In this document: in pieces, positions 12,040-22,046 of the stretch
Position numbering within the stretch: the stretch's first letter is position 1
Layout of the letters: each line of letters starts with the position of its first letter
Source: Curvularia clavata
Lineage: Eukaryota
Direction of reading: 5' to 3'
NCBI GenBank assembly: GCA_023920165.1
Contig: CP089276.1
Span: 806,001 to 870,000 of the forward strand
Length of the DNA: 64,000 nucleotides
Program-made: the position numbers and the translations under genes
The notes under the pieces: generated by a model
What the model was told of the DNA's origin: nothing
What the model saw: only the letters and a program-made list of their open reading frames with translations
Database searches by the model: none

Positions 12040-12140
12040 TAAAGGGCATTTCACAAGACTTTCCGCCCACGATATTATCCATAAAGGGCACTTGACAAGA
12101 CTTTCGCCTAAACGGCGTCTCCACAGAAGACACTTGACAA
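12040..12140. repeat. Imperfect direct repeat, two copies of about 27 bp plus a partial third
   Basis: TAAAGGGCATTTCACAAGACTTTCCGCC (12040-12067), TAAAGGGCACTTGACAAGACTTTCGCC (12082-12108), CACTTGACAA (12131-12140). Confidence 0.8.
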
Positions 12141-14624
12141 TACCTCCGACCTAGGGTCTTATTAAGTGCCGATGCAGCTGCTCTTAAGAGGAAAGTCGCA
12201 AAAAAGCATAAGCTACTACACCATAGGAGCCTATGGGCAAAACAGGAAGGAGATGCAGAGATACGATAGAGAGTCAGTAGGCTTAGGGCAGGTCGGTTAG
12301 ATCATGTGGCAGTCCTAGACCATGGACTCAAATGGACATATCGTAGATTGGAGAAACCCATACAGGCTTCGAAGGTTACCTTCCCGATTGAACATCTATC
12401 CCGCTGCCAAGACTCGGCGTCTTTATCACTTGCAATATCGAAGAGTCGACTAGTAGATAGCAGCCCAGTAGCAGCTGTTGTGATTGGCTAACTCCACCTC
12501 CCTGCCATCGCCGATCATTGATCCGCTCCGCCCTGGATGAAACTCGTGGTTGACGCCGCCCCCGGATTCCTGGCTCTTGCCAAGATTTTGCAAGAGATTT
12601 CGGCAGATTTAGGAGCGAGCACGCACCTATATGTCGAATTCATGTTGATCTTAAAAGGTTGTCTCTAAGCAATGCAATCGGCCACGTGACGACCCCTCAG
12701 GAATAACTTGCAAATAGTCACTCTCACTGGCTTAGTCACATATTAAAATCATTAAGTGGCTTACTACCGATCAGCACTCACAGGGTTGGTCCTGATTGGG
12801 TACGTAATAGTAAAACTGCTGCCTACCCTGATCATTTCTCTTCGGAGATTATTTCATTTCCTAGTATGATGCTACCTATTACAAACATGACAATATTACG
12901 AAAGACAAGTGAAACAGCATGGAAAGCATTGTTGTAGATGACGGGACGGCAAGTGGCAGCGGAATGGTGTGAGCGCAATAGGCGGGGCCCAAGGCGTAAT
13001 CGGAGACAGCCTATTTCCGTCCATGCACGCATATGCAGGTGATGATACGCGACGCACCAATATCTTATCTGCGCATGTGCTGTCCATTCCAAGCTCAAGG
13101 ATTTCTGCATGGTGGGATACACCCAGTAAAGACACTATGAAGATAAAGGGGCGAAATCGCAGCGTCACGGCGTTGGCCCGTTCCGGCGGCTCGACACGAG
13201 CAAGGCCGATCCTCTCGACTCGATTCGACGGTAGCGAAATACTAGATTTAGGAATCATCGTAGTCTGGCGCAGTGATGTCTGCGTGAATGATGCTCCTCG
13301 AGATTGCCAGCCATATCTCCCTTTGAAGAGGAGCAAGTCTTGCATGTGCGGAGTTTCCTTGTTTCGCTGATAACGGTTGCCGTCAGAATCCTGTCTTCGT
13401 TTCCATAGACTCGGTAGCGCTAGTCATGCGCATCCTTGAGACAGCTGCCAAAAAGGGTAGTCAGTTCGTTCAACGTTTTGACTTCACTATCAGAGTTTGG
13501 GTGTTCTGATACCAATCATTGAGTGATTTCCTTTCTTGCTTGGAGATCAGCGAATTTGAAGTTCTATGGAAGCATAACGCTCGTATGCGTGAAGAATCAT
13601 GATTTGCCTCATGCGTGCCTGAATTTCCAACACGGAACTGAACTGCTGGGCCCAGTGCTCACTCTCACACAGCTTTACGAGACAGCAATTCCTCGGTGTA
13701 TTATCCATGCCAACAACCCAGTTTGCTGCATTTTGGTGTCCCATCAAGTATTCCGCTGTTTCTTGAAATTGTTCTAGGATAGCTGTATCCAAATGACAGG
13801 ACAACAGTCTTTCACAGGTAGTCGACTCCCAGCCAATCGTCGCGTTGCTAGCCAACCTTAGTTACCCTTGTGCTCAATGTTGATTGTGAATTGGTGTTTC
13901 TCGTTCTAGGAGTAATCTATACTGAGAAACACATAGACTGTTTCAAACCCCTTTGTGACCAATTTCGTGTGATGCGATACGAATTGAATGGGATGGACGC
14001 CTTCACGCTACGCAGCTTTCTTTTCTCATGTTACTCAACATACTAGAATAGAATGCACAGTTTCTCAATCGAACCTACGAGCGATTGATTGGAGGCTCTG
14101 TAGCATCTTTGTGGGGGTTTCGGCTCATGACATATGCAACGAGACAACAATAGTCAACCGATCTCTGCAGGCCATTTGGTAGTAAGCTTAGCATATCACC
14201 AGCCGAAATCTGACACTGTGTTGAAATGAGACAAATGATGAGAGCCACAAGGTTCTTTGCCTATGCGTTAATCTATATGTGGGAGTAGCATTCAGCTTCC
14301 ATTAGAATATATTCTTGATGCGGACAACCCTAAAGACATTAGATAGCAGGTAATGAGCGGCCCCGGCATCAACTGGGCGTATCAAGAGAATCAGTGATGG
14401 GGCCATGTTGAAAAGTAGAAAAATGGATTTGGGCATCCTAGAGGGTCGACATTGAAGCCAAGAGACGCCTACATGAGATCAATGGCGCCATCGGTTCCGA
14501 GCTTCGGAAGACTCTTTTCCGAGACTTTGAGCTACACCTCCTGCTTGAAAAGCTGTACTTTGTTGGTAAGGAATACTTATTTTCACCGCTGAAGGGCACG
14601 TGGTTTCAACAACTCATTGTCAGA

Positions 14625-15695
14625 ATGTCATCATCTCCGCTTCTTGATGGATTCCCCAACAAAGCTCCGCCCACACCCGTAGGGAAAGTTCGTTACGCAG
14701 ATGTATGCACAATTTCCCCTCTTATGACCAACACCCAACCACTAAGCTAAAACAACGCAACCCAGGTCGCTGTTACAGCAACCGCAAAAGAGTTTGCTGG
14801 ATACTATCGTGGCAAGCAATACCATGAACCCGATTTTGACGCTGTTCTAGATCGCGCTCTAGCCGCCGGAGTCGAGAAGGTTATGCTGACCGGCATGTAT
14901 GCTGCCGATGTGCCAATCAACACCGAGGTGGCTTGCAAACACCCAGAACAATGCAGGATCACTATTGGCATCCACCCGTATCATGCACTCGAAGCAGATG
15001 AGGGTGGCGAGGAGTACTATGAGTCTCTTTCTCGAAGCATCAGTCAAACCATGGACCAAACTCCCCAGGTTCTGTCCGCTTTCGGAGAATTAGGTCTGGA
15101 CTACGATAAGTTGGTTGCTTGTCCTAAAGAAGTACAGATTCGTGTCTTCAAGCGACAGCTCGATATGATCGTAGACGCAGGGTGGAAATTGCCACTATTC
15201 CTGCACTGTCGCGCGGCATTTGAGGATTTCGTATCGATCCTCGAGCCATACTGGAACCGGTTGCCTTTACAGGCTGGCTTGGTTCATTCTTTTGTTGGAA
15301 CGACTGAACAAATGGAAAAACTGACGTCCATGGGACTGCATGTCAGCGTCAATAACTTCGCTTTCCGGGATCGAGACAGTCTGGAGATGATTCGTCAGAT
15401 TCCGCTTGAAAAGCTGCAAATTGAGACGGATGCTCCTTGGGGTGAGATACAAGCTTCAAGCGAAGTGGCGAAAGCTTACTTGCAGAATGCTACAAAGTGG
15501 CCTTGGGGAAATAAGAAGAAAGACAAATTTAGCTTGGGAGATTTGGTAAAGGAGCGGAATGAGAGCTGTAGTATCGAGAAGGTAGCATTGGTAGTGGCTG
15601 GGTTAAAGGGGTTGAGTGTTGATGAGGTTGCGAATAGTGCGTGGAACAATAGCGTGCGGATGTTTTTCTCCAAACGAGCGGATGCGTCGGTTTAG
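14625..15695 (+). CDS. TatD-family metal-dependent nuclease (divergent TATDN1-like)
   Basis: Exon 14625-14702, intron 14703-14765, exon 14766-15695. Motifs YRGKQYH, GIHP, GELGLDYD, LPLFLHCR, VHSF, IETDAPW, ERNE. Confidence 0.9.
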
Positions 15696-15817
15696 AGTGC
15701 TATGAGTAATCGAAAATTGCACACTGGCACTGCACTTTGCATTTGGATTACTTTTACTGAACGATTCTAACTTACCCAAATAGTTTAAGAAGCCGTGTAT
15801 CGCCTACATACATGCCT

Positions 15818-18241
15818 TTACTTGGTCCCATTGGTCGAGTGTCCATTTGTTAAAATCCCAAGCTTCATCTTGTTTGCCTTTGGAACATTGACCTGTACTT
15901 GGTATGTCCGGCCTTTTTCAACATTCTTGACGACATTTCCAGCAATCTCATTGCCGTCAACGATAACCTTGACCCCTTCTACGTTTCCTCTCTTGACCTC
16001 CACATTGAACAATGCGCCTCTGAACTCCCTCCTCACTTTCATGTTGTCCCAATCGCTCGGCATCTTTGGGTCAATCTCTAGTCCCTCTCTGACGCCTTGC
16101 AAGCCACACAAGCCTTCAATGACACACCTGTAAGCCCAACTCACCGTTCCAGTGTTGAAAAGCTGACTCGATCGTCCTGCTGTCCGGTCCAAGTTCTTGA
16201 TTCCGTGCCCGCCACGGTAATAGTTAGGAATGAAGATGGGGAGCTGGCCACGGCGCATGAGATCCTCCTCATCGGGACCTGGAATCATGGCTCGCAATGT
16301 GCTGTATGCACGGTCGCTATCGCCAATAGTATACAGCGCCCAAGCATAAAAGGCGGCGGCGTGATTGTAGACAGATCCGTTCTCGCCCTGTCCAGGATAT
16401 TTCTGCGTCACTCGGCCGACATCTTCACGCATCGCTGTGAATGGAGGGGCAAACATGACAACGCCGTACGGTGTGGTCAGTTGTTCATCAATCTGAGGCA
16501 GCATCTTCGCAATCTGCTCTGACGAGGCTGCACCACCGAGAATAGACCATGCTTGAGGGTTCAGCCAGATGCGGCCTTCTTTGTCGTCTTTGATTCCAAA
16601 AGTAACGTTGTCGTCGGTGATACCGCGTGCGTACCAGTCACCGTTCCAGAGATGCTCATTTGCGGATTTGTTGACCTTTTCTGCGCCAGCGCGGTATTTC
16701 TTCGCAACATCGAGTTTGTTGGCATCCTCACATACTTGCGCCCAGAGGTTCACAGCGTAAGCAGTCGCTACCGTGAGCCAGCCAGAGACACCAATGCCTT
16801 TAGGTCCGACCATGTTCATGGGATCACACCAGTCACCCTGTGCAATATATGACAGCCCTCGGTCGTCGCGTGCATTCGACGAGAGAAGCCAGTCCATTGC
16901 TCGGCTAAAACGCTCAAAAACTGTATAGGTGTCGCCGTACATGCTCGTGACTTTCTCATCCAAGATGCCGTAATCTCCTGTCTCGCTCAAGTAAATCTCG
17001 AGAGCAATTGGGAGCCAAACACAATGGTCAGTGTGAGGGATTTGGTTGATGTATTTGAGGACTGCGCCCTTCGCAAGAAGAATGCCGTCCGGCATCGAGC
17101 CATTCTTTTCTTGCTGTCCCACCGCCGTCAAAATTGCCTTGCGGGCAACTTCTGGCTTGATGAAACTCATTCCCATGTTGTCTTGAAGATAGTTTCGGGT
17201 TTGGGGATCAGTCGTAAGTCGATTCACATCACCGTGGTAGTAAAGTTGTCGTGGCAGCCAGTTGTTAACAAGATTATCAAGGTTTTTGTCTGGTGTCTCA
17301 AGGCGAATGCAGCCGCTGCCTCGCTGAATATAGTCTTCGTAGTCTTTGGTGGCTTGAGCAAATGCGATTTTACTCAAATACGTTTTGCGCATGTCGAGGA
17401 TCTCAGCGTCGTCGAAAGCAGGGCCAAAAAGGAATCGATACTCCTTGCTTTCATTCTCTTTCAAATCAGCTCGGTATTGCACAGCTGCAGTTGGTGTTTC
17501 GTAACGAGCGTCGCTATTCGAAAGTTGCGGACCCATTATCGACGATGGCGCTTGCAGTCCTCCCTCGCCCTCAAAAGACTCCTGTCTAGCTTCCCAGGCT
17601 ACCGGTGGTGTCTCACACAAGAAAAATGTTTTGTCCTTGAGATATTTCGTCTTGGGATAGTCTTCGGCTTTCTGGTATGGCGTCTTGCAGCTACCAACAA
17701 TGCCTCCGACATCCTCATTCCACTGTGCTTCTTGATTCATCCAGGACATGTATCCCAGGGGAAAGTAAGGGTAGATGCTAAGTTTCCGGTTACGGCTGGA
17801 GGTATTGGTGACTTTAATGCTCCAGAGCTCAGCAACGTGATCAGTTGGAAGAAGAAAAGTCATCTCGATGCGAATGTCAAATTTCTCAACAGTCCACTTG
17901 ATGTCACTCTTGCCAACATCAAAGATGAACCGGTCTGGTTTTGCCCTTACTGGCTCATATGGTGCGGAAAAGATCTCGCCACTCTCCTCGTCTTTGACAT
18001 ACACGAAGCGGCCTGGATGATGCGCATAGTAGTTCTGCTCGGGTTGCATGAATGTCTTCGCCTCAAGATTTGGTGCGTAGGCATATTTGGCAGGCTCAGG
18101 TTGCATGTATTGGGCAGTAGCGAATCCACGACAAGTGACCTGTATCATCATTCGCTGATTCCAAAGAAAAGCACCGGCTTTGGGCATATCCGTTGGGCTG
18201 GTCAGCTCATAACGCTCGCCGTTCTCCGTGGGTCGCAACAT
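15818..18241 (-). CDS. GH94 cellobionic acid phosphorylase (NdvB/CBAP type); intronless
   Basis: 807 aa. N-terminus NGERYELTSPT..FLWN..MMIQV..QPEPAKYAYAPNLEAKTFMQPEQ..HHPGRF matches my recollection of bacterial and Neurospora cellobionate phosphorylases; DPQTRNYLQD, catalytic GDWCD, GENGSVYNHAA, TGTVSW. Confidence 0.9.
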   Translation of the reverse strand: MLRPTENGERYELTSPTDMPKAGAFLWNQRMMIQVTCRGFATAQYMQPEPAKYAYAPNLEAKTFMQPEQNYYAHHPGRFVYVKDEESGEIFSAPYEPVRAKPDRFIFDVGKSDIKWTVEKFDIRIEMTFLLPTDHVAELWSIKVTNTSSRNRKLSIYPYFPLGYMSWMNQEAQWNEDVGGIVGSCKTPYQKAEDYPKTKYLKDKTFFLCETPPVAWEARQESFEGEGGLQAPSSIMGPQLSNSDARYETPTAAVQYRADLKENESKEYRFLFGPAFDDAEILDMRKTYLSKIAFAQATKDYEDYIQRGSGCIRLETPDKNLDNLVNNWLPRQLYYHGDVNRLTTDPQTRNYLQDNMGMSFIKPEVARKAILTAVGQQEKNGSMPDGILLAKGAVLKYINQIPHTDHCVWLPIALEIYLSETGDYGILDEKVTSMYGDTYTVFERFSRAMDWLLSSNARDDRGLSYIAQGDWCDPMNMVGPKGIGVSGWLTVATAYAVNLWAQVCEDANKLDVAKKYRAGAEKVNKSANEHLWNGDWYARGITDDNVTFGIKDDKEGRIWLNPQAWSILGGAASSEQIAKMLPQIDEQLTTPYGVVMFAPPFTAMREDVGRVTQKYPGQGENGSVYNHAAAFYAWALYTIGDSDRAYSTLRAMIPGPDEEDLMRRGQLPIFIPNYYRGGHGIKNLDRTAGRSSQLFNTGTVSWAYRCVIEGLCGLQGVREGLEIDPKMPSDWDNMKVRREFRGALFNVEVKRGNVEGVKVIVDGNEIAGNVVKNVEKGRTYQVQVNVPKANKMKLGILTNGHSTNGTK

Positions 18242-18574
18242 GGCTGGAAAATGTAGGTATAATCGGTGCCTGTGGCGTCTACAGAGTCCTTTTTACAGAA
18301 AAGGGCTAGTTGTTTATAATAAGAAACAGGTGTCGTTCTGGCGTAGGAGGCATGGCTTACTGTGTTTAGTGGTACGGCGGAAGACAAGTGGGTTGCGGGA
18401 AGCGATGCAGGACGAAAACGGGTGAAAACCACAACGCTCTCAGCGCTTCAACCTGTTCAGTCTACAGATTGAAAATGGAGTTTGTTGGCAATCAATTGGA
18501 ACTATCAAGAAGCGAACGAAGCTCGTCAATACACCTTCAGTACTATAGAGCTGAACGCAGACCTTGAGATCAAC

Positions 18575-18888
18575 CCCCAGCTACGTGTAAATGAAACGAA
18601 AAGTAAAGAGGGATTTTTGACGGAACCCCTACCGGCAGTCTTTAGACAGTTCATATAAGCTTCAACAACGCAATGAGCCGCAGCGCGTGGGGCTAAGCGA
18701 ATGGCGGTGTGGGGTTCAGCCTGAAAGGCTGCAATGTAAGCGCGGAGACGGTTATACGGTCCGTAAGGCCTTCAGCCAGACCCACGGCAGCCCTCGTACC
18801 GCCACACATCCAAAAAGCAATGACGACTTGTGCATACCCACTTCCCCGCCGGATTTCCGAAATGTGCATTCCGACGGCCGGATGTCCG
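18575..18888. promoter_or_regulatory. Cellulolytic-regulon promoter module (CLR-1, CLR-2/ClrB, XlnR and CreA-type motifs)
   Basis: CGG-N8-CCG 18621-18634; CGG-N5-CGG-N-CCG 18749-18763; CGG-N11-CCG 18785-18801; GGCTAA 18691-18696; SYGGRG at 18575-18580(-), 18687-18692, 18709-18714, 18844-18849(-). Confidence 0.65.
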
Positions 18889-19438
18889 CTTCTTTGAAAA
18901 CAGGCATACGTAGTAATAACATGTCACCGGCGCTATTCCATAGGATGTTCTGCCTTGGGATTAGTTACGAGTTATGATTCCAATTCTTGCATCATACTTT
19001 CTTTCTCTCTACTTTCCATTGTTCATTCGTCCATCTTTCGTGTTCAGTGTATACCAGTTAGAACTAGAAAAATATCTTAGAGTGAATACCAGACTACTGT
19101 CTAGGCTACTGAGATGAAACATGAAAAAAATTATAAAGAGCGCGATAAGCCAAGTAATCGGAACCGAAGCTGTACAAGTTCCCTCGTCAGACTTATTGCT
19201 TTCGCATGTCCGCTCCTATTCTTCGCATGAAGGAAAATTGCGCTTCCTAGTCAGCGTCCCCAGACAGTCCGCTCCAAGCTTCTTCTTATGTGTATCTACC
19301 ATTTGGACACGCAGTTCTTCAGCAGCGTCCTATCAACCTCCCAGGTCTTCTTAATGTCTGCGTCAATCGTTCAGAATTTCCGATTCATCTTACTGATGTG
19401 TCAGAGCCCTGGCCTTCCCTTAGGACCCTTTTGATTTT

Positions 19439-21565
19439 TCAGCCTAGCATAAAAACACTCTTTCTAATACCAACATCCAGCAGAGTGGCACTGTTAGAGC
19501 CATCTCTCTTGAGACGGTGGTCATTAAGCCTTAAAATTCCTGCTCTTTCGAAATGATCGCCGACTTTTTCAACTACTAGAATATCTAAGCCCGGGTGAGT
19601 AATGCCATAACCAATCACAAGTCCAGTCCAAGTGGTACTCAGGATATGTTCATGGAACACACGTTCGTTCATATAATTCTTGTCCCAGCGGACCAATCCT
19701 TTCCAGAATACTAGCCCAAATTGCGGGTCATTGAAATCTTCGCCCTCCCCAGAATACGCTGGAATTAGAAAGCCAGAGTCATCAGTAAAGTCCAGTCTGA
19801 ATGACCAAGCTTCGATTAGGAGATTAGGCATTCCTTGCATGTCAAGATCGAATGGCGCATCGATTTGCTCATGGCCAAGGGTGATTCGGGTCCCATTCTC
19901 CCACGAAAAGGTGAACGTGCAAGGATAGTGGCTTGGTTCTATGGAGGGTTGGTTTGTAGGCCATCCAATTCCGTCGTTGACCGGCGTCAAGTACTCCCAG
20001 GCGTGCAACCCGGCCCAACCTACCCATGACCAACTAGGGAAGCCGCCACGCCTTATAATCAAATCTCGCGACATACTGGCAGCACTTGATTTTGTTGCCC
20101 AGCAGAGACCATGTGCAATCCTATCGGATAATGGCATACGTCGGTAAGTTTTTCCTGCTAACCGATGGTAGTTCAGGCCACTTATGATGGGAATACCCCA
20201 TATATGGCCGTCAAGGAGATTTCGGTCAACAAATGCGCTGAGAACACCAGCAATCGCATTCAGTGCATCCGACTCAAACGTCAGCTCTCTCTTTGAGTAT
20301 TCGTTAAGGCGATCACACACGTCGGTGGCTCTTACTCCGAGCTTCAGGGGCAGAGGATTGTTCACGCGTTCAGAGGGGTAACTTGTAAGCTGAGGTCGGG
20401 GTTGAGAGAGACCTGGTTCTTTGACGCTCTCGAAAGGATAATAGTTTGTACGGCACTTAAATTAGGCCTGATCTTGAGTGAAGATGAGACATCGTCTGGA
20501 CAACAGCCCTTCTTGATACGTCCAGCCTCGCGTCGCCCATTTGGATTGATTAACGTCGTACTGCGGGCTAGGCAATGAAGAGACTAACGAAAAACCCGGC
20601 AAGTCCGCTTGAGGTTGTAGAGCCCTAGGAACACTACTAACTCCTGGGATTCCGCCCGACGCGTCTTGGCCCGCGGCGCAGATGATGGTGAGCTGAGCCC
20701 GTTGGTAGATCAAATTCATTCGCCGAATCTGGTCATGTCTAGCTCTTTCGTCATCCCGAGGGATACAGTGTCGATCTACCCAAAGATAGCGGTAGCCAAC
20801 ATTGGTTGTGACAACCATGGCATCTCGGATGACCAAAGAAGCTGAATCTGAGATCTCGTCGTCGGATGTGCCTGGTGGTATCGGCGCAATACCCCAAACA
20901 TAGCTCAAAGCCACAAATTTTGCTCCCATAGGGGCTGGTATGATTCTTCCAGTAGAGCAGTCTATGAGTCGAAATCCTGGGACTGGAAGTGGACCCCCAT
21001 CCTCTGCACCACAGGTGTTCCGATGATTTTCGCAACAGAAGTTGATCCAATCCTTGAGAATGCCGTAGTCTAAGTAGGCAGGGACTTTGCGACCAATTAT
21101 TGCCTTAGCTGGATTTCCTGGAAGCGAAGTAGGGTAGATAAATTGAAGCTCTAGAGGCAATTCCTCTAGTAGTCCACAATTGGAGGGCAAAATCGCGAGT
21201 ATGGGTGTGTCGAAGAGTTCTTCGGTGTGGCGACGTATAGAGTTCTTATAAACAGACGAAAACATGGAGATAGCGTATGTATTTTTATCATTTTCCTCTT
21301 CTGGAAACCGCCGGAAACGTACTTGTGAGAACAGTCTGCACAATTGACAGTGCGATGCGTCTGCATCTGCTCCAATGCAACCCAGGTCGACAATATTGCG
21401 GATCTCATGCACCACTTGCCATGCATAAGTGTGCTCATCGAAAGGCGCATTATATATAGCATCAAAATTGATAGAAGAACATCGCATGCACAAGGTCTCT
21501 GAAGGAGTGGGTTCCTTTCGAAAGCTATGAGTCGCAAAACTCCGGTCAGGCATCGTAATGATCAT
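19439..21565 (-). pseudogene. HET-domain (heterokaryon incompatibility, TOL-like) gene with a single in-frame premature TAA at 20462-20464
   Basis: ORF 21565-20462 has CxxC..CxxC, FVALSYVWG, YLWVDRHCI, IYQRAQLTI, WATRGWTYQEGLLSRRCLIF. The frame continues through the TAA (DQA*FKCRTNYY...) for 32 codons into ORF 20365-19439 (YSKRELTFESDALNAIAGVL, FPSWSWVGW). 709 codons in total. Confidence 0.85.
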
Positions 21566-22046
21566 GGTGAGGTCTATGGGTAACTTTGGAAAATAGAAGT
21601 CTGCATCACGAAGGACATTTCGAGCGACGGGGAGATGGAGATGAGCCCTTCGTCAGAATGCTGACGTGGTCTGGTAAAAACCATTCACAACGCAGCTAGG
21701 CAGCAAGGCGAGGCGTTGCAGTACCCCACTACCTATGCCCTTTCCGCGCATCATATTATCGTACCCACCTGAGCTTTCTGAGCCGCTCCGTACTTTTAGT
21801 GACTGGTGCCGATCCCCATGTCTTCATGGCAACATGAGTATTGATTGAGAACAAGCTTTCAAAAGTGAAAAGAAATTCAGTGAGCAGTCTAATGTTTTCT
21901 GATGAGACCGGGTGTCGCTCTCGCAGAGCCACAACCTACTTCTGGAATATATTAAACATTAGGAAATCACCCGAGGTTCTAGCCAAACTAATCTACTATA
22001 CATCACATAGTGTTCCAACTCTGCAAACTCTCCTTCTCTCAGTCTA

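Noticed and set aside
17024..18256. 410-aa + strand ORF antisense to the GH94 gene
   Set aside because: In-register antisense shadow with no recognisable protein features.
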